From the NCBI GenBank assembly GCA_002269645.1, contig NIVC01003231.1, positions 11,407 through 75,406 on the forward strand: DNA of 64,000 nucleotides. Direction: 5' to 3'. Shown here piece after piece: positions 34,936 to 53,074 of the stretch (the stretch's first letter is position 1; every line of letters starts with the position of its first letter). This stretch comes from Macrostomum lignano. Lineage: Eukaryota. The translations under genes were made by a program, and so were the position numbers. A model generated the notes under the pieces. That model saw only the letters and a program-made list of their open reading frames with translations. It had not been told where the DNA came from and did not search any database.

Positions 34936-37728
34936 TCCTATATACTAAAAATGAGTTGTCTGTCGGTATGCGATAGATTTCAGAAAAAATGGCTCAACCG
35001 ATTTTCTTCAAACTTTCACCATTTGATCAGAAATTTTCCTGGGACGGTACATGCATCCTGGCTAAGAAATTGCTCAATGTTAAAGGGATTAAATATTCGA
35101 AAAACATGCTTTTTTGCAAAGGTCAAGCAAAATTTTCGACTTGAAATGCATTGTAAGAATGCTAGAGAAAAACCTGACTGACTGAATTTCAATTCTGATA
35201 AGGATTGCATCACAACAAGTTGAAAACAGTGTCGAAGAAATGCACACACGACTTGATTTAAATTGCGTAACCAATATTGCTAACTTGAACTGAGACTGAT
35301 ACTGGCTGACTGAGAAATTGATTATGTCATAACTTTTTACTTTAATTGACTTGCAGTAAGAATTGAATTATAAGGGCCACAATTCATGTACTCCAATTGA
35401 GAAGAGATAGCTTAGATACGAACAGACTGGACTGCCAACGTAGCGACCTGGGTTCGAATCTTATTAGTGCAAAATAATTTTTTTATAAAACACCTTGAAA
35501 ACACTAAACTGCAAAACATAAAAGAAGCGCAAAAGAAGAGCCACCATATCAAACATTAAAGAACCACCATGTCGAACATTAAAAAGCCACCGTGTCAAAC
35601 ATAAAACAGCCACCATGTCGAACATTAAAGAGCCACTATGTCAAACATTAAAGAGCCACCATGTAGAATATTAAAGAGCCACTATGTCAAACATTAGAGA
35701 GCCACTATGTCAAACGTAAAAGTGACTTTATGTCAAACATTAAAGAACCACCATTTCGAACATTAAAGAGCCACAATATCAAACATTAAAGAACCACCAT
35801 ATCGAACATTAAAGAGCCACCAAGTCAAACATTAAAGAGCTACCATGTCAAACATTAAAGACCTACCATGTCAAACATTCAAGAGGCATCATGTCAAACA
35901 GTAAAGAGCCACCAAGTCAAACATAAAAGAGCCACCATGTCAAACATTCAAGAGTCACCATATCAAACATTCAAGAGCCACCATGTCAAACATTCAAGAG
36001 CCACCATGCCAAACATAAAATAGCCACCATGTCGAACATTAAAGAGCCACTATATCGAACACTAAAGAGCCACCGAGTCAAACATAAAAGAGCTACCATG
36101 TCAAACAATAAAGACCTACCATGTCAAACATATAAGAGCTATCATTTCAAACATAAAAGAGCTATCATCTCAAACATGAAAGATCCACCATGCCAAACAT
36201 AAAAGAGCCACCATGTCGAACATTAAAGAGCCACCATGTCGATCATAAAAGAGCCACTATGTCAAACATTAAAGAGCCACCATGTAAAACATTAAAGAGC
36301 CACCTTGTCGAACAATAAAGAGCCACCATGCCAAACATAAAAGAGCCACCATGTCGAACAGTAAAGAGCCACCATGTCAAACATACACGTGACTGACTCC
36401 ATGTCAAACATTAAAGCGCCACCATGTCAAAAATTAAAGAGCCACCACGTCAATCATAAAAGAGCCACCATTTCAAACATAAAAGAGCCACCATGTAAAT
36501 CATAAAACAGCCACCATGTCAAACATTAAAAAGCCACCATGTCGAACTTTAAAGAGCCACTTTGTCAAACATATACATGACTCCATGTCAGACATTCAAG
36601 AGCCACCATGTCGAACATTAAAGAGCCACCATGTCGAACTTTAAAGAGCCACTATGTCAAACATTAAATAATCACAATGTAAAACATTAATGAGCCGGAA
36701 TATCGAAAATTAAATAGCACAATGTCAAACATCAAAGAGCCACCATGTCAAACATATACATGACTCCATGTCATACATATACATGACTCCATGTCGAACA
36801 TTAAAGGGCCACCAAGTCAAACATTAAAGAGCCACCATGTCAATTATAAAAGAGCCACCATGTCGAAATTAAAAGAGCCACCATGTCGAACATTAAAGAG
36901 CCACCATGTCAATTATAAAAGAGCCACTATGTCGAAATTAAAAGAGCCACCATGTCAAACATTAAAGAGCCACCATGTCAAACATTAAAGAGCCACCATG
37001 TCGAACATAAAAGAGCCACCATGTCAAACATTAAAGAGCCACCATTTCAAACATTAAAGAGCCAACATTACATTAAGGTGCCACCAGGTCAAACAATAAA
37101 GAGCCACCATGTCTAACATTAAAGAGCCACCATGTCAAACATAAAAGAGCCACCATGTCAAACATAAAACAGCCACCATGTCAAACATTTAAAGAGCCAC
37201 CATGTCAACCATAAAAGAGCCACAATGTCAAACATATATGTGACTCCATGTTCAAACATTAAAGAGCCACCATGTCGAACATTAAAGAGCCACCATGTCT
37301 AACATTATAGAGTCACCATGTCCAACATTAAAGAGCCACCATGTCAGACAATAAAAAACCCCGAATCAAACATTAAAGAGCCACCATCTCAAACATAAAA
37401 TTTACACAATTTCAAACGTAAAAGTAAGCGTCATGCTAACTTTAAAGGAGCCACTATAGAGCTAAGGAAATTGTAGCACTAGCTACTTATTGTATGGTGG
37501 ATGCTTACTATTTGGGGATGCTTGCTATCTGGGGGATGCTTGCAATCTGGGGGATGCTTGCCATCTGGGGGATGCTTGCTGTCTTGGGATGATTTCTTTT
37601 TGCATTACACTTTATTTGAGCAGTTTGTCTGTCGTCTTTGTGAAGGCTTTATTTGGCTGTCTTTTTGTTACTTGTAGAGAACAGAGATTCTATCCAGATG
37701 TCCCCCAACGGGGGGCGAAGATTGCTAG
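34936..37728 (+). mobile_element. Non-autonomous Helitron, copy 1
   Basis: A|TCCTATATACTAAAAATG start, ..GGCTCAACCGATTTT.. subterminal motif, hairpin GTCCCCC-AAC-GGGGGGC (37700-37716) 8 nt before the terminal CTAG. Confidence 0.85.
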
Positions 37729-37729
37729 T

Positions 37730-40538
37730 TCCTATATACTAAAAATGAAATGTCTGTAACTAACTAGCTATGCGATAGATTTCAGAAAAAATGGCTCAAC
37801 CGATTTTCTTCAAACTTGCACCATTCGATCAGAAATGTTCCTGGGACGGTACATGTATCTTGGCTAAGAAATTGCTCAATGTTAAAGGGATTAAATATTC
37901 GAAAAACATGCTTTTTTGCAAAGGTCAAGCCAAATTTTTGACTTAAAATGCATTGTAAGAATGCTAGAGAAAAAACTGACTGGCTGAATTACGATTGTGA
38001 TAAAGATTGCATCACAACAAGGTGAAAACAGTGCCACAGAAACGCACACAAGACTTCATTGAAATTGCGTAACCATATTGCTAACTTGAATTGAGACTGA
38101 TACTGGCTGACTGAGAAATTGATTATGTCATAACTTTTTACTCTAACCGACTTGCTATAAGTATTGAATTATAAGGGCCACAAGTCATGTTCTCCAATTG
38201 AAAAGAGATAGCCGGATGCAAACAGACTGGAATGCTAATGTAGCGACCTTGGTTCGAATCTTAGTGGTGAAAAATGTTTTTTTTATTAAAACACGTTAAA
38301 AAACACAAAATTCTCAACATTAAAGAGCCACCATGTCGAAACATTAAAGAGCCACCATTTCAAACATTAAAGAGCCACCATGTCGAACATAAAAGAGCCA
38401 CCATATCAAACATACAAGAGTTACCATGTCAAACATTAAAGAGCCACCATGTCGAACATTAAAGAGCCACAATGTCAAACATTAAAGAGCCACCATTTCA
38501 AACCTAAAAGAGCCACCATGTCGAACATTAAAAAGCCACCATGTCAAACATTAAAGAGCCACCATGTCGAACATTAAAGAGCCACAATGGCAAACATTAA
38601 AAAGCCACCATGTCAAACATTAAAGAGCCACAATGGCAAACATTAAAGAGCCGCCAGGTCAAACATAAAACAGACACCATTAAGAACATTAAAGAGCCAC
38701 CATGTCGAACATTAAAGAGCCACCATGTCAAACATAAAACAGCCACCATTTCGAAAATTAAAGAGCCACCATTTTAAACATTAAAGAGCCACCTTGTCAA
38801 ATATTGAAGAGCCACAATGTCAAACATTAAAGAGCCACCTTATCAAACATTAAAGAGCCACCATGTAAAACATTAAAGAGCCACCATGTCGAACATAAAA
38901 GAGGTACCATGTCAAACATTAAAGACCCACCAGGTCAAACATGAAAGTGCCACCATGTCAAATATTAAAAAGCCACCATGTCAAACATTAAAGAGCCACC
39001 AGGTCAAACATGAAAGTGCCACCAGGTCAAACATATACATGACTCCATGTCAAACATTAAAGAGCCACCATGTCGAACATAAAAGGGCCACCATGTCAAA
39101 TATTAAAGAGCCACCATGTCAAACATTAAAGAGCCACCAGGTCAAACATGAAAGTGCCACCATGTCAAACATTAAAGAGCCACCACGTCGAACATAAAAG
39201 AGCCACCATGTAAAACATATACGTAACTCCATGTCAAACATTGAAGCGACACCATGTCGAACATAAAAGAGCCACCATGTCGAACATTAAAGAGCCACCA
39301 TGTCGAACATAAAAGAGCTACCATGTCAAACATTAAAGAGCCACCATGTTAAACATAAAAGAGCCATCATGTCAAACATATAAGTGACTTTATGTCGAAC
39401 ATTAAAGAGCCACCATGTCTAACATTAAAGAGCCACCATGTCCAACATTAAAGAGCCACCATGTCAAAAATTAAAGAGCCACCATGTCTATCATTAAAGA
39501 GCCATCATGTCAAACATTAAAGAGCTACTTTGTCTAACATTAAAGAGCCACCATGTCAAACATTAAAGAGCTACTTTGTCTAACATTAAAGAGCCACCAT
39601 GTCAAACATTAAAGAGCCACCATGTCAAACATTAAAGAGCCACCATGTCAAACATAAAAGAGCCACCTTTTTGAACATTAAAAAGCCACTTTGTCAAACA
39701 TAGAAGAGCCCCCATGTCAAGCATAGAAGAGCCCCCATGTCAAACATAGAAGAGCCCCCATGTCAAACATAGAAGAGCCCCCATGTCAAACATAGAAGAG
39801 CCACTATGTCAGACATTGAAAAGCCACCGTATCAAACATAAAAGAGTTACCATGTACGAGCGTAGAACATAAAAGAGCCACCCTGTTAAACATAAAAAGA
39901 CACACAATTTCAAACGTAAAAGTAAGCGAATTTTAAAGGAGCCGCTATAATGCTAAGGAAATTGTCGCACTAGCTACTTATTGTCTGGTGGATGCTTGCT
40001 ATCTGGGGGATGCTTGCTATCTGGGGGATGCTTGCTATCTGGGGGATGCTTGCTATCTGGGGGATGCTTGCTATCTGGGGGATGCTTGCTATCTGGGGGA
40101 TGCTTGCTATCTGGGGGATGCTTGCTATCTGGGGGATGCTTGCTATCTGAGGGATGCTTGCTTTCTGGGGGATGCTTGCTATCTGGGGGATGCTTGCTAT
40201 CTGGGGGATGCTTGCTATCTGGGGATGCTTGCTATCTGGGGGATGCTTGCTATCTGAGGGATGCTTGCTATCTTGGGGATGCTTGCTATCTGGGGGATGC
40301 TTGCAATCTGGGGGATGCTTGCTATCTGGGGGATGCTTGCCATCTTGGGGATGCTTGCTATCTAGGGGATGCTTGCTATCTGGGGGATGCTTGCAGTCTT
40401 GGGATGATTTCTTTTTGCAATGCACTTCATTTGAGCAGTTTGTCTGTTGTCTTTTTGAAGGATTTTTGGCTGTCTTTTTGTTACTTTAGAAAACAGAGAT
40501 TCTATCCAGATGTCCCCCATCGGGGGGCGAAGATTGCT
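37730..40538 (+). mobile_element. Non-autonomous Helitron, copy 2
   Basis: Same 5' TC end and 3' hairpin; ends GATTGCT (terminal AG missing), fused to copy 3. Confidence 0.85.
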
Positions 40539-42410
40539 TCCTATATACTAAAAATGAGTTGTCTGTATGTATGTGGGTAGGTATGCGATAGATTTCAGAA
40601 AAATTGGCTCAACCGATTTTCTTCAAACTTGCACCATTCGATCAGAAATTTTCCTGGGACGGTACATGCATCTTGGCTAAGAAATTGCTCAATGTTAAAG
40701 GGATTAAATATTCGAAAAACATGCTTTTTTGCAAAGGTCAAGCAAAATTTTCGACTTGAAATGCATTGTAAGAATGCTAGAGAAAAAACTGACTGGCTGA
40801 ATTCCGATTGTGATAAAGATTGCATCACAACAAGTTGAAAACAGTGTCAAAGAAATGCACACACGACTTGAATGAAATTGCGTAACCATATTGGCAACTT
40901 AAATTGAGACTGATTCTGGCTGACTGAGAAATTGATTATGTCATAACTTTTTACTCCAATTGACTTGTTGTAAGAATTGAATTATAAGGGCCACAATTCA
41001 TGTTCTCCAATTGAAAAAAGATAGCCCTGATGCGAACAGACTGGAATGCTAATGTAGCGACCTGGGTTCGAATCTTAGTAGTGCAAAAAAGATTTTTTTT
41101 TATTAAAACACCTTAAAAACACAAAACTTCTAAACATAAAAGAAGCGCAATGTCAAACATAGAAGAGCTACCATGTCGAACATAAAAGAGCCAACATATC
41201 GAATATTAAAGAGCCACCATGTCAAACCTAAACGAGCCACCATGTCTAATATTTAAGAGGCACCATGTAATACATATAAGTGACTTTATGTTAAACATAA
41301 AAGAGCCACCATTTCGAACATTAAACAGCCACCATTTCGAACATTAAAGAGCCACCATGTCGACCATAAAAGAGCCACTATTTCGAACATTTAGGAGCCA
41401 CTTTTTCGAACATTAAAGAGCCACCATGTCAAACATTAAAGAGCTACTTTGTCTAACATTAAAGAGCCACCATGTCAAACATTAAAGAGCCACCATGTCA
41501 AACATAGAAGAGCCACCATGTCAAACATAAAAGAGCCACCTTTTTGAACATTAAAAAGCCACTTTGTCAAACATAGAAGAGCCCCCATGTCAAACATAGA
41601 AGAGCCCCCATGTCAAACATAGAAGAGCCCCCATGTCAAACATAGAAGAGCCCCCATGTCAAACATAGAAGAGCCACTATGTCAGACATTGAAAAGCCAC
41701 CGTATCAAACATAAAAGAGTTACCATGTACGAGCGTAGAACATAAAAGAGCCACCCTGTTAAACATAAAAAGACACACAATTTCAAACGTAAAAGTAAGC
41801 GAATTTTAAAGGAGCCGCTATAATGCTAAGGAAATTGTCGCACTAGCTACTTATTGTCTGGTGGATGCTTGCTATCTGGGGATGCTTGCTATCTGGGGGA
41901 TGCTTGCTATCTGGGGGATGCTTGCTATCTGGGGGATGCTTGCTATCTGGGGGATGCTTGCTATCTGGGGGATGCTTGCTATCTGGGGGATGCTTGCTAT
42001 CTGGGGATGCTTGCTATCTGAGGGATGCTTGCTTTCTGGGGGATGCTTGCTATCTGGGGGATGCTTGCTATCTGGGGGATGCTTGCTATCTGGGGGATGC
42101 TTGCTATCTGGGGGATGCTTGCTATCTGAGGGATGCTTGCTATCTTGGGGATGCTTGCTATCTGGGGGATGCTTGCAATCTGGGGGATGCTTGCTATCTG
42201 GGGGATGCTTGCCATCTTGGGGATGCTTGCTATCTAGGGGATGCTTGCTATCTGGGGGATGCTTGCAGTCTTGGGATGATTTCTTTTTGCAATGCACTTC
42301 ATTTGAGCAGTTTGTCTGTTGTCTTTTTGAAGGATTTTTGGCTGTCTTTTTGTTACTTTAGAAAACAGAGATTCTATCCAGATGTCCCCCATCGGGGGGC
42401 GAAGATTGCT
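40539..42410 (+). mobile_element. Non-autonomous Helitron, copy 3 (short 23-bp array)
   Basis: As copy 2, with the same CT|TC junction. Confidence 0.85.
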
Positions 42411-45361
42411 TCCTATATACTAAAAATGAGTTGTCTGTATGTATGTGGGTAGGTATGCGATAGATTTCAGAAAAAACGGCTCAACCGATTTTCTTCAAAC
42501 TTGCACCATTCGATCAGAAATTTTCCTGGGACGGTACATGCATCTTGGCTAAGAAATTGCTCAATTTTAAAGGGATTAAATATTCGAAAAACAGGCTTTT
42601 TTGCAAAGGTCAAGCAGCTCTTTCGATCTGAAATGCATTGTAAGAATGCTAGAGAAAAAAACTGACTGACTAAATTTCAATTCTGATAAAGATTGCATCA
42701 CAACAAGTTGAAAACAGTGCCAAAGAAATGCACACACGACTTGATTGAAATTGCGTAACAATATTGCTAACTTAAATTGACACTGATACTGGCTGACTAA
42801 GAAATTGATTATGTCATAACTTTTTACTCTAACCAACTTGCTGTAAGCATTGAATTATAAGGGCCACAAATCATGTTCGCCAATTAAAAAGAGAAAGCCT
42901 CGATGCAAACAGACTGGACTGCTAATGTAGCGACCTGGGTTCGAAGCTTAGTAGTGCAAAAAGATTTTTTTATTAAAAAAACCCTAATAAAAACATTTTA
43001 AATGCTAAAAACAAAAAGCTTAATGTAAAACATTAAAGAGCCATCATGTCAAACATAAAAGATCCACCATGTCTAACATTAAAGAGCCACCATGTCGAAC
43101 ATTAAAGAGCCACCCTGTCTAACATTATAGAGCCACCATGTCGAACATTAAAGAGCCACCATGTCAAATATTAAAGAGCCACCATTTCAAACATTAAAGA
43201 GCCATCATTACACTAGGGTGCCACCAGGTCAAACATTAAAGAGCCACCATGTCTAACATTATCGAGTCACCATGTCAAGTATATTCGTGAATCCATGTCA
43301 AACATAAAAGAGCCACCATGTCAAACACTAAAGAGCCACCATGTCCAACATAAAAGAGCCACCATGTCAAACATAAAAGAGCCACCATGTCAAACATATA
43401 TGTGACTCCATGTCAAAAAGTAAAGAGCGACCATGTCAAGCATAAAAGAGCCACCATGTCGAACATAAAAGAACCACCATGTCGAACATTATAGAGCCAC
43501 CATGTCAAACATAAAAGAGCCATCATGTCAAACATAAAAGAGCCACCATGTCAAACATTAAAGAGCCACCATGTCAAACATATATGTGACTCCATGTCAA
43601 AAAGTAAAGAGCCACCATGTCAAGCATAAAAGAGCCACCATGTCGAACATAAAAGAACCACCATGTCGAACAATATAGAGCCACCATGTCAAACATTAAA
43701 GAGCCACAACGTCAAACATTACAGAGCCACCATGTCGAACATTAAAGAACCACCATGTCTAACATTAAAGAGCCACCATGTCGAACATTAAAGAACCACC
43801 ATGTCTAACATTAAAGAGCCACCATGTCGAACATTAAAGAGCTACCATGTCTAACATTAAAGAGCCACCATGTCTAATATTAAAGAGCCACCATGTCAAA
43901 CATAAAAGGACCACCATGTCAAACATTAAAGAGCCACCATGTCAAACATTAAAGAGCCACCATGTCAAATATTAAAGAGCCACCACTTCAAACATTAAAG
44001 AGCCACCATGTCTAACATTAACGAGTCACCATGTCAAGTATATTCGTGACTCCATGTCTAACATAAAAGAGCCACCATGAAGAACATAAAAGGGCCATCA
44101 TGTCAAACATAAAAGAGCCATCATGTCAAACATAAAAGAGCTACCATGTCAAAAATTAAAGAGCCACCATGTCAAACATTAAAGAGCCACCATGTCTAAC
44201 ATTAAAGAGCCACTATGTCGAACATTAAAAAGCCACCATGTCAAACATTATAGATCCACCATGTCGAACATTAAAGAGCCACCATGTCCAACATATATGT
44301 GACTCCATGTCAAACATTAAAGAGCCATCATGTCAAACATAAAAGAGCCACCGTGTAGAACATAAAAGGACCACCATGTCAAATATTAAAGAGACACCAT
44401 GTCGAACATTAAAAAGCCACCATGTCTAACATTATAGATATACCATGTCGAACATTAAAGAGCCACCATGTCAAACAATAAAGAGCCACCATGTCTAACA
44501 TTAACGAGTCACCATGTCAAGTATATTCGTGACTCTATATCAAACATCAAAGAGCCATCATGCCAAACATAAAAGAGCCACCATGTCAAAAATTAAAGAG
44601 CCACCATTTCAAGCATAAAAGGACCACAATGTCGAACATTAAAGAGCCACCATGTCAAAAATTTAATAGCCAACATGTCTAACATTAAAGAGCCACCATG
44701 TCGAACATTAAAGAGCCACCATGTCTAACATTATGGAGCCACCATGTCTAACATTATAGAGCCACCATGTCAAACACTAAGAGCCACCATGTCAAACATA
44801 AAAGAGCCACAATGTCAAACATTAAAGTGACACCATGTCAGACATTAAAAAACTCCGAATCAAACATCAAAGAGCCACCATGTAGAACATTAAAGAGCCA
44901 CCATGTAGAACATAAAAGAGCCACCATGTCAAACATAAAATATACACAATTTCAAACGTAAAAGTAAGCGTCATGCCAATTTTAAGGGAGCCACTATAGA
45001 GCAAAGGAAATTGTTGCACTAGCTACTTATTGTCTGGTGGATGTTTACTATTTTGGGATTCTTGCTATCTGGGGGATGCTTGCTATCCGGGAGGGGGGAT
45101 GCTTCCTATCTGGGGGATGCTTGCTATCTGGGGGATGCTTGCTATTTGGCGGATGCTTGCAATCTGGGGGATGCTTGCAATCTGGGGGATGCTTGCTATC
45201 TGGGGGATGCTTGCTGTCTTGGGATGATTTCTTTTTGCATTGCACTTCATTTGAGTATTTTGTCTGTTTTCTTTGTGAAGGCTTTTTTGCTATCTTTTTG
45301 TTACTTGTAGAGAACAGAGATTCTATACAGATGTCCCCCAACGGGGGGCGAAGATTGCTAG
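42411..45361 (+). mobile_element. Non-autonomous Helitron, copy 4
   Basis: Ends with the hairpin and CTAG (45358-45361) followed by T, so the whole array sits in an A|T target. Confidence 0.85.
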
Positions 45362-45562
45362 TTATTAATTACTATATTTAAAATTAAATACTGGGCCTAT
45401 ATGGGCTATGGCTACTATCAATCAGTATTGCGTTACTAGGCCTACTGCCTACATAGGCATTGGCTAGGCTGGCTGATGGTGATTTCGTCTGGGTATCTTG
45501 TAGGCCTATCCAGTCAATCTGGCAATAAGATGGTCTACTAGCAATAGACAAGCCAGCAAAAG

Positions 45563-45885
45563 TCAATTTGGCAATGGTCAATCCAGCGGCGATCCTTCAG
45601 TTTCCCGCTCTAAATTATTTAAACCCTAGACCAATGGGCTGCTTACAACATGTTGGCCAACCAACTGATGGTCAACCATTCGGCCATTCGCCAATGCCAA
45701 GCTTTCTGCCATCAGCACTTCAACTTTGGCAATATCCTCTACTGGATGACACACTATTACCCTATGTAGAACTCTGAACTCTTGCAAGAACTCTGTAAGC
45801 TTGTTGGACTCTGCAAAGTTCAAAAAAGGGCTTAAAATTTAGAGCAGGAAACTGAAGCCTTCAGTGAAGGATTGCCAATTTAGCA
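45563..45885. mobile_element. Possible MITE
   Basis: Inverted repeat CTTCAGTTTCCCGCTCTAAATT (about 45595) / AATTTAGAGCAGGAAACTGAAG (about 45836); ends uncertain. Confidence 0.4.
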
Positions 45886-46083
45886 ACAAGGTGTAATATA
45901 GGCCTAAGTAAAAGTTAGCGCCTATTAAATCAATAATTTAGGGTCTAGCATTTATATAGATTATTTAGAGCTAGGCCCTAAACAATTGTTATTTTCAATA
46001 TTGTTAAATTTGGCAAGTTTTTATCTATAAATAATTTGTTAAATTAAATGGAATTGGGCTAAGCCTTATCTTAGACTCTTGAA

Positions 46084-46646
46084 CATACATGCGCAACAGT
46101 CGGCCAATCTGGCTGACCGATTTGGCGGCCAACCAAGGTAAGTCACAAAAATGCCCCACTAGTAGGAATATAAACGTAGTACTAATTATATGATGAGGCA
46201 TTTAGCCTCAATAGGACAGTAATAGTTACCCTTGCCAGTTACCCAAAATTGCATTAAGTTTGCTTTAGTTTCCTTTACAGGTAAGTCGCATTTTTGGCCA
46301 AAAACTACGTCACATTTTTTGTTAAAACTAAGTCGCACAGCCGATCAAATTTTGGAGGTTGCGCCCTATTGTAGCCAAGGTCTGAACCGCGCCGGACGCC
46401 CCCCTTTCCCGCGCCAGACATCTACCCGTACTGCGCCAGGGCCAGTCCCCAGGATCAGTGATTTGGTTCAATTAGTCAGTCAATGGCTCGCCGCGCGCTG
46501 CGCGCCGCCGCCACACACCACGCCACCGCGCGCCGCCGCCACGCGCCGCGCCGCCGCCGCGCGCCGCGCCGCCACCAGTCCAATCCGCGCCGGACGCCAT
46601 CCACGAAAATGGCCATTGGCTGCAATAGGGAGGTTGCGGACATATA
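46084..46646. mobile_element. hAT-like MITE (CATACATGCGCAAC TIR family) interrupted by a nested MITE
   Basis: 8-bp TSD CTCTTGAA at 46076-46083 and 46647-46654. Confidence 0.8.
46364..46630. mobile_element. Nested hAT-like MITE with GC-rich interior
   Basis: TIR CCCTATTGTAGCCAA / TTGGCTGCAATAGGG; 8-bp TSD AGGTTGCG at 46356-46363 and 46631-46638. Confidence 0.82.
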
Positions 46647-46894
46647 CTCTTGAAGGTTATATATATACCAGAATTTTCTAGTATACCAATGGAGAGTTTG
46701 GCTATTTTGGTATACCGCTTTGAGCTCAGATTTTTATCATACAAATAGTAATTAAATAATTTGTTTTTAAAACTATATGCGCATTTCAGGTAATCAGGTT
46801 CAATACTTACTTACTTACTACTGACGGGGGGCGCAGGCGCCGCGAATAGGCCGCGAGGCCCCTATCGCAACCCCAAGGTAAAAGAGCACAAGGA

Positions 46895-51773
<4,879 letters not shown>

Positions 51774-53074
51774 TTATCCCAGGATTGCTCCCAGGCGAGG
51801 CTCCGGCAGGCCCCCGGTCCACACTCTGCAAGATCAGGGGGCGGGAGGCCGGCTGCGGGCTTGGGACACAGGCGCCAGGTCGAGTTGACAGCCGACGCCC
51901 GAGCCCTCCCCCACAAGAGCGGCCCTCGAGAACCCGTGTGGTACCAGTTGCAACTAAGGGCTGTCGATGGGTAGTTGGCGCTTAGCCAGCAGCCAACTAC
52001 TTAGCAGCCACCTGCCCCGCAAAAAAGCAGCAGGGGGGATCCGTCCCCCACCAGCAGACCAAGACGAGGAAGCTAGCCGCTTCCACGCCAGGCCAGAACG
52101 AAAAGGAGGGGGAAGAGCCTCCTCGAAAAACGAAAAGCTGGCGGATGTCACAGAGTCCCTTGGTTTAAGTTGCCGTTTGCCCCCCATCAGGTTCAATAAC
52201 AACAAGAGTTTTAAAAAAATTCTTTTTTATATATAGTACTAATGATACTTTTTTGAATAAAAACAAAACTTCTTTTAAATTTTTAAAAATTGTTGGTTAT
52301 TACATTCTTGCTATTTAAAAGCCATGTGTAGAAGTGGTTTTTGTTTCTAAGAAATACTAGTTTTAAAATGTTATACGAAAATCCTATTTTTGTTTTACTT
52401 TGCAAAATATTCTCAAATATTCTATGTTTGTTTAAATACACACAAAAGAAATAGTATAAATAGGAGTGAAGTTTAGGGAAGTAGGATTCAACTTGCTCTC
52501 ACGAATTAAATTGTTTACAGCTTGTTCAATACTTATTCTCAGATCATTGCTTATTTTAAGAGGTATTGAGAGTTGGGAATCAGGGATTCATGCAAAGAGA
52601 GTACTAAGAGTGATTGCTGTGACCCTCTAATCTTGTTAACACCCAGATTGGAGAGAGAAAGTACATATACCAGTAAGACTGCTCAGGCCATATACTAAAA
52701 ATGCTACCAGACCATATACTAAGAACACTACCAGACCATATACTAAGAACGCTACCAGATCAAATAATACAAGAATGCTACCCAGAAAAATATTCTAAGA
52801 AAACAGTTTAAAATATTAAGGCAGGATTTAGTAGTAAAAATTTCAATAAGAAGAAATACACCTGTTACAACTTGATGGCATAACGGTGGAATTTTATAGA
52901 GAGCCAAAAGGCCTGCGACAACTTGGTAGCAATAGTGGGATAGTTGGAGGACAGAAATAAGACCTGTGACAACTTTGGTGCCAGCAGTGGGATATTATTA
53001 AGAAGGAAGAATCAGCCTTAGCACAACTTTGATGTCAGCGGCTGAGATTTCTAGACAGAGAAATCACCCCTGTA

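Larger units (their letters stand above)
35535..44940 (+). repeat. 23-bp minisatellite inside each Helitron (about 35535-37400, 38320-39900, 41150-41770, 43030-44940)
   Basis: Unit AAAGAGCCACCATGTCAAACATT, degenerate. Confidence 0.93.
37510..45220 (+). repeat. 18-bp minisatellite near each Helitron 3' end (about 37510-37590, 39990-40400, 41860-42270, 45065-45220)
   Basis: Unit GGGGGATGCTTGCTATCT; roughly 5, 22, 22 and 9 copies. Confidence 0.93.

Noticed and set aside
51975-52185. HDV-like ribozyme at the LINE 5' end (TCCTCGT loop, GG, GC hairpin, CTAA, partial P1 and P2 pairings)
   Set aside because: The essential P3 helix cannot form (GCT opposite CTT or TTG) and P1 has a mismatch. An RNArobo/Infernal search on the family consensus or a cleavage assay would settle it.
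52680-53050. Short degenerate repeats (about 22 bp x4 and about 55 bp x4)
   Set aside because: Too few and too degenerate to interpret; treated as ordinary low-copy tandem duplication.
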